Below, one piece after another: positions 27,579-41,312 of a stretch of DNA of 64,000 nucleotides; the first letter of the stretch is position 1; every line of letters begins with the position of its first letter. The position numbers were made by a program, and so were the translations under genes. This stretch comes from Nemertoderma westbladi (lineage: Eukaryota; Animalia; Xenacoelomorpha): contig JAUCBJ010007689.1 in assembly GCA_032718475.1 (NCBI GenBank), positions 25,271 to 89,270 of the forward strand, in the 5' to 3' direction. A model generated the notes under the pieces. That model worked only from the letters and a program-made list of their open reading frames with translations, was not told the DNA's origin and did not search any database.

Positions 27579-29530
27579 TAGGAACCGAGAGGTTCATTAC
27601 TGTAAGAATTGTTTGCTGATTGATTGATTGACTGGCTAATCTACAGCCAAAACTACTCTAACGATTTTGATGAAATTTTCACAGCGGCTAGATACCGCGA
27701 TTCTAAGGTCCCTGGTATGTTCCGCTATTTCGTCCATGAGCCGTGGGCTCGAAAAATAGACATAAACGAAAAAACGCCATAGGCGCAATGATAAAAACAC
27801 CAGCTGGCACTCATGAAAAAATGGATAGAGATGGCCTATAGTAATGCTATTCTATAGGAATGGCCACCTAACAAGGAAATGCTTTCTCTGCCAAGTATTA
27901 TCCTCACTCTACAACTCAAACAGTAAGCAAACAAAAGCCGTGGGATTCTAATGTATTACATCATAAGCTGATTGCTCTCCCAATAGCCCTCACACACTCA
28001 CTGAATCCAATGAAATCGAATATCTATTAGCTTAATGCGAATAGCTGGTAAGCTGAATGCCATTTTAGTTATTGTGTAGGCCTACTACTGTTGACTGTAG
28101 AGTAGACTGCTATGTTGCATGTATTTAATTAAAATAATTTTCGTAGAGGGAAGTTAATTTGGGATTACTCTCTATCAGATGTAAGCAAAGCTGTTCAATG
28201 GGGTGGGTCATGGGACCCAAATATAGCACATTATGCATGGCAACGATTTCTGATATAATTAAAATACAAATTGATTTATTTTTATTTTTATTTTATATCT
28301 ATTTTATTGATAAAATAATAATATGATTTTACCGATTTTCATTTACCCCGTTGGGGAGTGTATATTATTATATTATTATTAAAATACAAGACAGGGGCTT
28401 GTTTCGATATATGTAGTTGCGCCCTTCGAGCAGCACGTGAGTTAATCAAATATTAGACACAATGTTTGACTTTGTCCCTTCTAGCAGCACGTGAGTTTTG
28501 CTTTGACCCTTGATATATGATGTTGCGCCCTTCGAGCAGCACGTGAGTTACATCAAATAATAGACACACTGTTTGACTTTGTCCCTTCGAGCAGCATGTG
28601 AGTTTGGCTTTGACCCTTCCAGCAGCGTGTGTCAATCGAGCCGAATCATACTGATCGAGCCGAATAGAACCAATCGAGGCGATCAAGCCGAGTCGAGCCC
28701 AATCGAGCCGAGTCAAGCCGGGCGGAGCCGAGTTAAGCCCAATCAAGCCTAGTCAAGCCGGACTGAGGCGAGGCAAGCCCAATCGAGTCGAGTCGAGCCC
28801 AATAGAGCCGAGTCGAGCCCAATCAATCCTAGTCAAGCCTAATTGAGCCGGACCGAGCCAAGTCGAGCCCAATCGAGCCAGACTGAGCCAAGTTGAGATA
28901 AATCGAGCCGAGTCAAGCCCAATCAATCCCAACCGAGCCGAGTCGAGCGGATTGAGCCCAATTGAGCCAAGTCTAGCCAGACCGAGCCGAGTCGAACCCA
29001 ATCGAGCCGATTGAGCCGAATCGAACTGAGTCGACTCAGACCGAGCCGAGCCGAGCCCAATTGAGCCGTGTCACGCCAAATTGAGCCGGACTGAGTCGAG
29101 TCGAGCCCAATCAAGCCGAGTCGAGCCCAATCGAATCGAGTCGAGCCCAATAGAGCAGAGTTGAGCTCAATCAAGACTAAGTCGAGCCCAATCGAGCCGG
29201 ACTGAGCCAAGTTGAGCCAAATCAAGCCGAGTCAAGCCCAATCAATCCCAATCGAGCCGATTCGAGCCAAATTGAGCCGAGTCGAGCCCAATCGAGCCAA
29301 TTCGAGCCGGACCGAGCTGAGTCGAACCCAATCAAGCCGATTGAGCCGAATCGAGATGTGTCAAGTCGAGCCCAATCAAGCCGAGTCTAGCCCAATCGAA
29401 CCAAACCGAGCCGATCAAGCCAAGTCGATCTGAATCGAGCCCAATCGTGCCAGACCGAGCCGAGCTCATTGTCTCTTTTATTTGAAATAAAAAGTCGGTT
29501 CCTTATCGGGCCGCTAGGCCCGTCACTAGT
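27578..29530 (+). mobile_element. HINE element, type A variant with a degenerate pentamer array
   Basis: Same 5' TTAGGAACCGAGAGGTTC and 3' TCGGTTCCTTATCGGGCCGCTAGGCCCGTCACTAGT termini; abuts the previous element at TT. Confidence 0.85.
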
Positions 29531-31022
29531 TAGGAACCGAGAGGTTCATTACTGTAAGAATTGTTAGCTGACTGGCTGACTGACTGGCTGGCTGACTGAT
29601 CTACAGCCAAAACTACTCTAACGATTTTGATGAAATTTTCACAGCGGCTGGATACCGCGATTCTAAGGTCCCTGGTATGTTCCGCTATTTCGTCCATGAG
29701 CCGTGGGCTCGAAAAATAGACATAAACGAAAAAACGCCATAGGCGCAATGGTAAAATAACACCAATAACAGCTGGTGTCGTGATGAAAAATGGCTTATGT
29801 AATGGATTTCTACACAAGGCTTAGTATAAATCGATGAGGTTGCCAAGATTATTGTACTTAGTACACCCATACTGTTTGTTTAGGCCCTAGGACACTCTGT
29901 CAAAGCAAATATTAACTGGTTGGTTTAGTTTGAAATCTATTATTGCCTCAGCTGAATTACTCTTCCCAATGCGCACTCTATGGGAATATCTCCCTCTGCT
30001 AAAGTAAGCTGAATGACTTAAGTACACAGTGAGTTGGCTACATTAATGTCAACATTATTGCAAAATGTTTTATTGTTGGACTCTCTGTCAGTCTCCCCTT
30101 CAGAACATTGTATAGGGAATATACTTTAGTTTACTCTACTGTGCCATTCAGCTGAATGGATTTGAGCGATTGCCAAGTTACAGAGTTGGATCATTCTCTG
30201 ACCATAGGCAAAGACATCAAATCTTTTTAAGAATATACTTTTTCCATGTTTTTTTTTCTGACCAAAAATTTCAAAAAAATTTTTTCGTAGCCAGTACTGC
30301 CAATCGATTCGCCATCAAAAATAACGCAAAAAATTTTTTTTGCAAAATTTTAAATTACTGTAAATTTTTGGCGACTGGGGGGGGTCAATTTTTTTCGATC
30401 CGCTATAACTCCGGAACGCTTTGTCCAAATTCGATGGGGTTTTCATTTTTCAATTTAATTCGATGTCCTCTTTCAGCCTATCCATGTTTCGAAACCCCAA
30501 ACAGCGCCGTTCAAAAATTATTTTTTTCTAGTTCTAGAATTTTACAAATTTCAAAAAAGTTGCAGTATTTTATTAACGCCTTTACGGAATTCGATAGCGT
30601 TTTCGATTTTTATATTAAACGCAATATCCTGAATCTCACTAGCCTAGTTTCGCGTCACCAATGCCAAGATTTCATACTTTTTGAGGAAAATTTTTCTAGA
30701 ATAATTTTTATTTAATTACATTTATCGCGATTTCTTATTACTGATTGCACATGAATTGATGGAGTTTTCAATTTATTAACTAAACACGATATCGCGCATC
30801 GCACCAGCGTGGTTTCGAAATTCCAAAACGAGGTCTTCACTAGTTGCAGGTCGATTTTGTTCTAGAATTGAGCAACTAATAATGGATCGAATTTATTAAT
30901 AATTATTGTATGAAATATGATTGTATTTTTAGATAATTATTAGTTCTATACTAATTCTCGTTGTCTCTTTTATTTAAAATAAAAAGTCGGTTCCTTATCG
31001 GGCCGCTAGGCCCGTCACTAGT
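29530..31022 (+). mobile_element. HINE element, internal type B
   Basis: Same termini and core; the interior after AATGGTAAAATAACACC is different and is shared with 32551-34193. Confidence 0.85.
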
Positions 31023-31089
31023 TAGGAACCGAGAGGTTCATTAGGAACCGAGAGGTTCATTACTGTAAGAATTGCTCGTGGCTGGCTGA

Positions 31090-31120
<31 letters not shown>

Positions 31121-34100
31121 ACTGACTGATCTACAGCCAAAACTACTCTAACGATTTTGATGAAATTTTCACAGCGGCTAGATACCGCGATTCTAAGGTC
31201 CCTGGTATGTTCCGCTATTTCGTCCATGAGCCGTGGGCTCGAAAAATAGACATAAACGAAAAAACGCCATAGGCGCAATGATAAAAACACCAGCTGGCTC
31301 TCATGAAAAATGGATAGAGATAGCCTAGTAATGCTATTCTATAGGAATGGCCACCTAACAAAGAAATGCTTTCTCTGCCAAGTATTATCCTCACTCTACA
31401 ACTCAGACAGTAAGCAAACAAAAGCCGTGCATTCTAATGTATTACATCATAAGCTGATTGCTCTCCCAATAGCCCTCACACACTCGCTGAATCCAATGAA
31501 ATCGAATATCTATTAGCTTAATGCGAATAGCTGTTAAGCTGAATGCCATTTTAGTTATTGTGTACTGTTGATTGCAGAGTTGACTGCTATGTTGTATGTA
31601 TTTAATTAAAATAATTTTCGTAGAGGGAAGTTAATTTGGGATTACTTTCTATCAGATGTAAGCAAAGCTGTTCAATGGGGTGGGTCATGGGACCCAAATA
31701 TAGTACATTATGCATGGCAAACATTAATAAAATCATTCAGTCAACCTGGAGGGTATTTGCTTAGTTAACTCTACTGTGCGAAAAACGAATTTATAATGTT
31801 ACCCATACTTCAGGTGAATTAATTTTTAGATATTTGTACTGAAGGCAAGGATTTCTGATATAATTAAAATACAAGACAGGGGCTTGTTTCGATATATGTA
31901 GTTGCGCCCTTCTAGCAGCACGTGAGATAATCAAATAATAGACACGATGTTTGACTTTGTCCCTTCGAGCAGCACGTGAGTTTTGCTTTGACCCTTCGAT
32001 ATATGTATTTGCGCCCTTCGAGCAGCACGTGAATTACATCAAATAATAGACACATTGTTTGACTTTGACCCTTCGAGCAGCACGTGAGTTTTGCTTTGAC
32101 CCTTCGATATATGTATTTGCGCCCTTCGAGCAGCACGTGAATTACATCAAATAATAGACACATTGTTTGACTTTGACCCTTCGAGCAGCACGTGAGTTTT
32201 GCTTTGACCCTTTGATATATGTATTTGCGCCCTTTGAGCAGCACGGGGAGTCGACTCAGACCGAGCCGAGCCGAGCCGAGCCGAGCCGAGCCGAGCCGAG
32301 CCGAGCCGAGCCGAGCCGAGCCGAGCCGAGCCGAGCCGAGCCGAGCCGAGCCGAGCCGAGCCGAGCCGAGCCGAGCCGAGCCGAGCCGAGCCGAGCCGAG
32401 CCGAGCCGAGCCGAGCCGAGCCGAGCCGAGCCGATCAAGCCAAGTCGAACTTAATCGTGCCCAATCGTGCAAGACCGAGCCGAGCTCGTTGTCTCTTTTA
32501 TTTGAAATAAAAAGTCGGTTCCTTATCGGGCCGCTAGGCCCGTCACTAGTTACTGTAAGAATTGCTCGAGACTGGCTGGCTGACTGACTGACTGACTGAC
32601 TGACTGACTGATCTACAGCCAAAACTACTCTAACGATTTTGATGAAATTTTCACAGCGGCTAGATACCGCGATTCTAAGGTCCCTGGTATGTTCCGCTAT
32701 TTCGTCCATGAGCCGTGGGCTCGAAAAATAGACATAAACGAAAAAACGCCATAGGCGCAATGGTAAAATAACACCAATGACAGCTGGTGTCCTGATGAAA
32801 AATGGCTTATGTAATGCATTTCTACAGAAGGCTTAGTAATAAATCGATGAGGTTGCCAAGATTATTATACTCAGTACACCCATACTGTTTGTTTAGGCCC
32901 TGCACTCTCTGTCAAAGCAAATATTAACTGGTTGATTTAGTTTGTGGTTCTACACAGGCTTAGTATAAATCGATGAGGCTGCCAACTGGTTGGTTTAGTT
33001 TGCAATCTATTACCGCCTCAGCTGAATAACCCTTCCCCCTGCTGAATGACTATTAGGTATACAGTGTATCGGCTACATTAATGCCAACATTAATACTGTG
33101 GAGGCTGTATGCTTATAAGGTGGAATGTTTACTCAGCCTTATACTGATACTCTGTAAGGCTAAGACTAACATTATAGTTTGAAATATAAATATCACTTCT
33201 TGGCTACATTAATGCCAACATTATTGCAAAGTGTTTTATTGTTGGATTACTCTCTGTCAGTCTCCCCTTCAGAACATTGTATTGGGAATTTACTTTAGTT
33301 TACTCTACTGTGCCATTCAGCTGAATGGATTTGAGCGATTGCCAAGTTACAGAGTTGGATCATTCTCTGACCATATGCAAAGACATGAAATCTTTTTAAA
33401 AATATACTTTTTCCATGTTTTTTTTTCTGACCAAAAATTTCAAAAAAAAATTTTTCGTAGCCAGTACTGCCAATCGATTCGCCATCAAACATAACGCAAA
33501 AAAAATTTTTTGCAAAATTTTAAATTACTGTAAATTTTTGGCGACTGGGGGGGGGTCAATTTTTTTCGATCCGCTATAACTCCGGAACGCTTTGTCCAAA
33601 TTCGATGGGGTTTTTATTTTTCAACTTAATTCGATGTCCTCTTTCAGCCGATCCATGTTTCGAACCCCCAAACAGCGCCGTTCAAAATTTAATTTTTTCT
33701 AGTTCTAGAATTTTACAAATTTCAAAAAAGTTGCGGTATTTTATTAACGCCTTTACGGAATTCGATAGCGTTTTCGATTTTTATAGTAAACGCAATATCC
33801 TGAATCTCACTAGCCTAGTTTCGCGTCACCAATGCCAAGACTTCATACTTTTTGAGGAAAATTTTTCTAGAATAATTATTATTTAATTACATTTATAGCG
33901 ATTTCTTAATACTGGTTGCACATGAATTGATGGAGTTTTCAATTTTTTAACTAAACACGATATCGCGCATCGCACCAGCCTGGTTTCGAAATTCCAAAAC
34001 GAGGTCTTCACTAGTTGCAGGTCGATTTTGTTCTAGAATTGAGCAACTAATAATAGATCGAATTTTTTGATAATTATTGTATGAAATATGATTGTATTTT

Positions 34101-34193
34101 TACATAATTATTAGTTATATACTAATTCACGTTGTCTCTTTTAATTAAAATAAAAAGTCGGTTCCTTATCGGGCCGCTAGGCCCGTCACTAGT
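31022..34193 (+). mobile_element. HINE element type B (split: 31022-31041 plus 32551-34193)
   Basis: The body at 32551 lacks exactly the 19-bp 5' terminus that appears doubled at 31022-31059. It ends with the canonical 3' subTIR, hairpin and CTAGT. Confidence 0.8.
31041..32550 (+). mobile_element. HINE element type A, nested in the 5' end of a type B copy
   Basis: A complete type A copy sits between TTAGGAACCGAGAGGTTCA (31022-31040) and TACTGTAAG (32551), which are contiguous in uninterrupted copies. Confidence 0.8.
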
Positions 34194-34770
34194 TACTACA
34201 ATGAATATTATCGACGAAAACATGAAGTCTTAAAAAATGTGAGTCAGTAGTTATGTGTAGATTATTATCTAGAAAATTATAAATAACTTATTTGAATCAA
34301 ATTGTTTTCAATGATTAAATCCAATAGGTTGTGGTGCCAAGCTTTAATTTAGTACTCAGTAATTCTTATCCGTCCATATGTTACAGATGGGTGAAAATCA
34401 ATACGCCATCAATTCATCATTATTATAATTTTTTGGGGTTCAGCTTACCAAAGTCGACATTGACGTCCAGGATCAATGGATCAATAATAATATGGAACCT
34501 AATAAAAGCGCCCTAATACTGGGAAGTCCGTGGACGCTATGATATTACTACACTATTCCGTCGATTTATCTAATAGTTGATTTATTTTTTTATGCGCAAC
34601 CCGGGGCACTTTTAGAGCCACATCAAAAGAAAACGAGATCCCACACCACAATGCCCATTCAATATGCGCTGAGGACACAATACTACGGGAAATTATCTCA
34701 CGAGGAAGATTCAATCACAGCTGGGAATTTATCATATACAATGAAGGTTCAATCACAGCTAGCAACTTCA

Positions 34771-35100
34771 TTAACCCTATTAAACCCGGGGGGGAGGTCA
34801 ATATGATACCCCCCCCCCCCCCCCCCCCCGCGGTTTTTTTGTTGTTGTAACTCTGAAACAAACGCAGTTGTGAATATGAAATTTTATGACTTTTCCTAAA
34901 AATCTATTCTCTTCCTAACAGTGAAAACGGTTTTCAAAAATATTTTCAAAGTTTTCGAGTTATAGCACCATTTTTAACCCTACTTTTATCTCATTTTTGA
35001 GACGTTTTTTGAAAATTACATTTCATGAATTATGATTTGTAACATATCTATTTTTGATTTACACCGATTTATTGGTGTTTGCAATTAGTTTGAATTCATA
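34771..35100 (+). mobile_element. Possible truncated piggyBac-like DNA transposon end
   Basis: TTAA followed by CCCT, then G-run/C-run subterminal sequence. No matching AGGG-TTAA end was found, and the right boundary is approximate. Confidence 0.35.
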
Positions 35101-35387
35101 TAAATTAATTCATAAATTTCAAACTTGTTTTTTTCGGCTGGTGCCAATTTTGGTGCCAGCACCAAATTTTGAAATATTTCAATTTTAAAATTGTATTGTT
35201 TGAACCTACAGTAGTTTTTGCGCAATGTAATAGGATTTTTTGGAGTTCTGGTTTAGATGGAATATATACGAGCTGCACAAATGCACAAGGCGTATCAAAC
35301 TTATATTTTTCGAGCGTTTTACGGGTTTGTGATAGTTCTGGATATTTGTACACCCCGGTATTTGTACAATATTTCATAGCCCGGTAG

Positions 35388-36750
35388 CGTATTCCCAATC
35401 CTTACACTACTAGGTACACCTCTTGCATTAACACATGGGATTGGTTAATTAACTATTATTTGATTGGACGTTGAAATCATGTAAGGAATGGGGACGAGAG
35501 GGGTCGAACTAGTGTAAGGGTTTTTATACTCAGTTGGCAGGTTGAAAATGTTCCAAACGCTGTAAGGAATGAGAAGTGGGTGAAATAATGTAAGGGTTAT
35601 CTGCCTATTACACAGTTCATTGTCAGACGACAGTAAAAAATGTATACGAATAGCAGTATACATATATTTAGAGTGGAAATAATGTTGTATAAGGAATCGG
35701 TTTACGCACCATTTACTCCTTGACTTTTCCGATCAAATGATTATAATAATAAAGTAGTTTTACTGGTAGTATTTAATATTAAAATTCGTTCATATTAAAT
35801 TCATAAAAGCATTCCACAATATGTAAACATAAAAGCTCAAATGAAATAAACAATTAATTTTTGCAATGCCTCTAGCATTTGTTGGATTTGCATTCATGTT
35901 TATCGACAGGTTTCTAGAGCGTTTTTTAGCGCGTGAAGTCTTATCAGTACCGCAGGTTGGCCAGCAACCAACACAGCACGCATCCGTTTAATGTAAGAGC
36001 TACTCGTCCACGCGCTAGTGCAGTTGGATGGACACGAATAGCAGACCGACTATTCCTAACCAAATACTACTATAATCGGCCTGCTGCATTGAAAAACTGC
36101 ACATTGAGATGCTATGCCAGCTTAACAAAAACATTTTGTCACCACCATGCAAACCACAATGCAGCATGCATTAAGAATGCTATGCCGGCTTATCAACAAA
36201 GTTGCACCGCCATAACTCCATATCCCCCATGGATTTCGCGCGAGATTATCCGCATATTCAAGGCCGGTGTCCTTTAAGATGCGTCTCAAGAAAGTCATGA
36301 ACTGTCCATCATGCTTATTTTCTCCATGGGGCTGCCAAAGCACAAGATTGGGCACTGGCTGGTCCTCACGGCAAAAACAATGTCATGCAAAGGAATATAT
36401 CCCTAGACACTAGTATAGCCAATGTTCCAATCGTTTTAGCTTACTCATGCAGCCCTGTATAAACCATAACACAATGTTCTACTGCCTAGAATAATATCAC
36501 ATGTTAGTCTAAGTCTACTCTTCTAATACTGTTGGTATAATAACCCTTACATGAATTCACCCAATTTCTCCATTCCTTACAGCGTTTGGAACACTTCCAA
36601 CCTGCCAGCTGAGTATAAAATCCTTACACTAGTTCAACCCCTATCTCCAGTCCTTACATGATTTCAACGTCCAATCAAATAATAGTTCATTAACCAATCC
36701 CAGGCTACAATTCAAGATGTGTTCCTACTAGTGTAAGGATTGGGAATACG
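35388..36750. mobile_element. Non-autonomous DNA transposon with ~210-bp TIRs
   Basis: CGTATTCCCAATCCTTACACTA...GTAAGGGTTAT (35388-35600) is inverted at 36540-36750. CCGGTAG flanks both sides, and GTAAGG motifs recur within the TIRs. Confidence 0.85.
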
Positions 36751-37371
36751 CCGGTAGCGTATCCGGGAGTACAGACTCGGACACATTTACTTCTATAAAG
36801 TTATTGGACAATATCCTGTTATTATTGAGGAGCTTTTCAAAGTGGGCCTTCCAACCATTAAGGCAATCGACTGGCTGGCTGATTCTGCCTAAACCTTGGT
36901 GGTTGGTTGGCTTTTCCGCCCAGTCAGTTGATAGCTCCTGTAGATTATCAGAATATTGCCTATTCAGTCAATATTCATATAGTGACAGCTCTGCCGCTTC
37001 ATACGTATTGAAGTAAATACTGAATAAAGGTGCTGCTAACTTGCTAATCCCTCGCGACTAGCATAGTAATTTGTTTCACGTCCGTGAAGCCTGAAGCGTT
37101 TTTGAGTACCTGAGACATTCACTATTTCTGTGTCGGATAACGCATTGGATTACTGGGGGGTAGGGGTGTAATATGTATTATTATTCAACTCAGGCTCAAA
37201 TATTGGCCGTAAAGCCGTATCAAATCTTCAGTTGCGTTCTACATACAGATTACACATATGATAAGACGTATATATAAAAATACCCTTAACATTTACAGCA
37301 TACAACTCAGTATGGCTTTCCTTCGTGAGGCTTCAAATTTATAGATGTTCCCTATGAAATGGGTGTAAAAG

Positions 37372-37653
37372 CTACGCCTACACCTACACGACTACACCTA
37401 CACACTTACACCTAGACCTATACACCTACACCCACACCCACACCTACACCTACACGGCTACACCTACACACTTACACCTAGACCTATACACCTAGACCTA
37501 TACACCTACACCTACACGGCAACACCTACACCTACACAACACACCTACCCTACACCTACACCTATACCTACACATACACATACGCCTACACCTATAACTA
37601 CACCTATACCTACACCTACACTTACACCTACACGGCTACACCTACACCTACAC
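37372..37653. repeat. (TACACC)n hexanucleotide microsatellite; second block at 38748-38848
   Basis: Imperfect TACACC/TAGACC/TATACC runs. Confidence 0.92.
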
Positions 37654-38741
37654 TGTTGCCGTTATTCCCGACACCACGGGGAAAACGCCGATCCTGGAGG
37701 CGGAATTTTCAGACCACAGGATTCCGGCCAGTCACTGGATATTGGGAGTGGAGAAGGAGTCCTATCTGAGATGCAAGATTGCAGTCGAGAAAAAGTTGCA
37801 TTGGTTGGAAATAATCTTTAATGTAACCTTGATCGATACTGAACCTTGTGACTGAACCTTGATTGAGAATAAGTTGGGCTTCCCCACACCAATATACACC
37901 AAATATTCACAATAATATACGAACATATAAATTCCTACAGTACATTAATTAATTACCCACTGTTCGCTTTAGATTTTAACCTAACTAATGATCCCCATTT
38001 TCCCTCGGTCCTAGTCCCGGTACCGTAGTGTCGGTGTTGGTCGACCCTGTTGCGTGTCCGTCCCACCCTTCCCGAACCCCGAAGGGATCGGTCATCAGGA
38101 AAGCAGTACGGCTTGGCTAAGGGTCGGTCAAGTCGGTAGACCCGGTTGCGTGTCCGTCCCACCCTTCCCGAACCCCGAAGGGATCGGTCATCAGGAAAGC
38201 GGTACGGCTTGGCTAGGGGTCTGTCGGTTCATCGCAGGGTCCCAACCACCTAAGCTTTCCGAATCCTTTTCAGGCTCGTAGTCGCTTCGGTAGCCGAGAA
38301 GCTGCTCCGAATAGTCGGTAGGCCAGTAGAGTCCGGTCCTTTGTCTTTCGACCCTGTTGCGTGTCCGTCCCACCCTTCCTGAACCCCGAAGGGATCGGTC
38401 ATCAGGAAAGCGGTACGGCTTGGCTAGGGGTCTGTCAGCCCGTTGTGAGTCCCAACTGTCGGTAGCTTCCCGAGTCCCTTTCAGGCTCGTAGTAACGCCG
38501 GTCGTGAAACCCACTCCAGGAAGGCAGTCCTCATCGAACCCTTCCTCCATCTAGTCGGTCGATCCGTCGCAAGTCCCCGGTGCAGTCAGCAAGCTTTCCG
38601 AGTCCCTTTCAGGCTCGTAATAACTGCCGGTGACCAGGGACCGCTAAAGATCTGTCTGTCAGTTCCCGTCGCAAATCCCTGACGCAATCAGCAGACTTTC
38701 CGAGTCCCTTTCTGGCTCGTAATAACTGCTGTTGGCCAGCA
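37654..38741 (-). mobile_element. Solo-LTR-like segment with internal ~80-97-bp repeats
   Basis: TG...CA ends (TGTTGCC / GGCCAGCA) and three copies of GTTGCGTGTCCGTCCCACCCTTCC(C/T)GAACCCCGAAGGGATCGG. On the minus strand ATTAAA lies ~165 nt before the end. No TSD is visible. Confidence 0.45.
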
Positions 38742-38848
38742 GTACGGCCTACACGGCTACACCTATATACCTACACCTACACGGCTACACCTACACACCT
38801 ACACCTAGACATATACACCTACACCTATACCCACACCTACACCTACAC

Positions 38849-40507
38849 TGTTAAACAAGCGCGATCAGGAGCTAGTTCTTTCTATTGAATAATACACCGT
38901 TCGCTAAAATATTTACTATTATTTTCTAAACGGCTTCTACAAATCGCTTGCTCCTTTCTCTGTTGATCGCTCAACAGAGAGCTAACTGTTCGAATCTATG
39001 AGCCACGCGCACGCGGAAATAACCAAAACAATAAACCCGATTCGGCTCCCTAAGCTACTTAAAACGAGTGCGGGTGGCCTATCACTCGGAGTTCACTTAT
39101 CGTAAAACACTGGAATTCACTGGCAGAACACGTTGAATGTGAGAATCTACGGGGACAGATCTGTTTAATTCCCTATGTCGAAACTTGGCCTTTAGCTGGT
39201 TTTAGACCAGCAAACTTACCACTGCTGTACTGTATACTGGACACTGCTGTCAGCCTGTTGCCCCGCTATTTTCAAATAACCGCCTAAGCGTGAATTGTCT
39301 ACGGTATTCTAAACAATCACTTAAACTACTCTCCGCTATGCTGCGTACAAATTCTTATTTTATTTTATCGCTAAATTAATTACAGTCGTAAATACGAATT
39401 TGCGTACTAATTACTAGATGTTCCAGAATACGTACTTCTAATTTATTACGTACTGGGTTGTACTAGCAACAGCCTAAATACTGTATTATTTTGACCTAGT
39501 CAGCAATAAATAAAGCGTAAACTAAGAAATATAAATCAATCAAGGAAACTGCACCTATCTAACCATTCACAATTAAGAATCAGGCACACTTTAGCAACAC
39601 AACACAAATAGCGTAGCAATAAGCTAGTAGTACGGTACTGCACTAACTACCAGTCAGCTAGTGCACTAAAACCGCACATTAGCGTATCAGCATACCAGTA
39701 TTAGTCATTCAGTCAGTCAGTGTAAGAACCACAGGCCACCCAAAGACACACATAGGACTCCTAACTAAACCCAAATTCTGCCCCTAATACTACAAAGTAG
39801 AGACGAAAATCTGGATCGTCAGCCCCCTAATACTGTAACAGCGGCTGGTCCCCGGTCCTCAACTGACTAGCCCCGACCGCAACGGTGGCCCCCCGCCAGC
39901 GTCGCCCCGCTTTGGATCCTCTGCACTTCCCTCCGTTGCTTCCCCCCGGTGCGCCCGCCGCGCCTACCGGTACCTTAGCCTCTATATTAGAACAAATAGC
40001 TACCGTATCGGCGCATGCATTCGCAAACAGTCTGACAGTCTAAAAGAAATCCCGTAGGATTATCGCATCTCAATCACATAGAAATCAGTAATTAAAATGT
40101 AGAAATCATAGTTCGAGATTGTAATTAGCAGTAATCATATCAAATATACGTAATTTAAGAAAAAACAGCAAAGAATTTAAATCAGAAATAACACAGAAGC
40201 AGATCAAATATACAGAATAATTACGAGAAGAATAATGGCCTAAATCAAATATTATAGGGAATATACAGAGTAGGACAAAATTGCAGTAGCACATACCGGA
40301 AACACAGCCAATTTATAGGTGATGAAATAGGGATGACGCAATAATCGTCTCATTGGTCCAGCAAACCATGCCACCATTAGACCAACCTGAAACAGCTGGG
40401 CCAATAAGGAAGCCGGATTGTGTTCCTTGTCCTTCTAAATCGCAAATTATTACCATATATGGTAATGAATTGTGTCCCGCTGGGCTTACAGGTTGCTGGC
40501 CATAACA
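38849..40507 (-). mobile_element. Second solo-LTR-like segment
   Basis: Inverted TGTTA...TAACA termini, non-coding, with CCAAT and TGACGCAA motifs near 40330-40410. No TSD is visible. Confidence 0.35.
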
Positions 40508-41134
40508 TTAATTTCGCGATTATTAAAGTACATTAAGCACAATTAGATATAAAGCCAATTTAGAGACAAATATAAATGGAAATTAATACAAATACACAAT
40601 TAATTTGATCAATATTAATAAACGGCAAGCTCGTATTAAGGTTTTATAGGAACTTGCTACCGTAAATGTTATTTATTAAAAATTTATTTAAAGTTATTTA
40701 AAGTTATTTAAAGTTATTTATTACAAAATTACGTACGCAAAGCTACATACTATACAAAAATGGAAAAGATCTATAAACTTGGATATTTTATTGTCCCTAT
40801 CTAATTACGGCCGTACATCATTATGACTTATCTAAATATTCTATACTGTATAATGGGCTGATAATAGTACACAGCGCCATATATCGTAACATACACCTAC
40901 ATATTGATTCTCAAACTATTGATTCTCAATTATATTGGGTATTTTACAATATTCGTAACTCTCGTTTATTGTTTTGGTTCCATCCAACCCGCCTCTATAA
41001 CCCGGTTTTTTACTAATCTAGTAGGTTTAACGATTACCACGAGACTAAACATATTATTAACTGCTTTCTCGATTTATCCAGCGTGTGGATGTAATATTTA
41101 ATTAAATATTTACTTTAATATCTTACCCTTGCAG

Positions 41135-41312
41135 GAACACTACACGAAAATAGCTAGTGAGCACCAAAAAGAAGCAAGATATCGCATGCAGGAGTATTCA
41201 TTTACGAAATCATTTGGTTGTCAGAATTCCTCTGTTAGCAACGCGTTGAAACGGCACGATATGAAAATACTCACAGAAGACCGAATCAATAAAAATCGCG
41301 AAGTTGTTATGA
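41135..41312 (+). CDS. Internal coding exon (phase 0/1) of the host gene
   Basis: Acceptor TCTTACCCTTGCAG|GAA and donor ATGA|GTAAGT; translation EHYTKIASEHQKEARYRMQEYSFTKSFGCQNSSVSNALKRHDMKILTEDRINKNREVVM. Confidence 0.8.

Noticed and set aside
26261-32760. SARLG / AEPSR repeat proteins
   Set aside because: They are translations of the (CCGAG)n microsatellite and 108-bp repeats inside non-autonomous elements.
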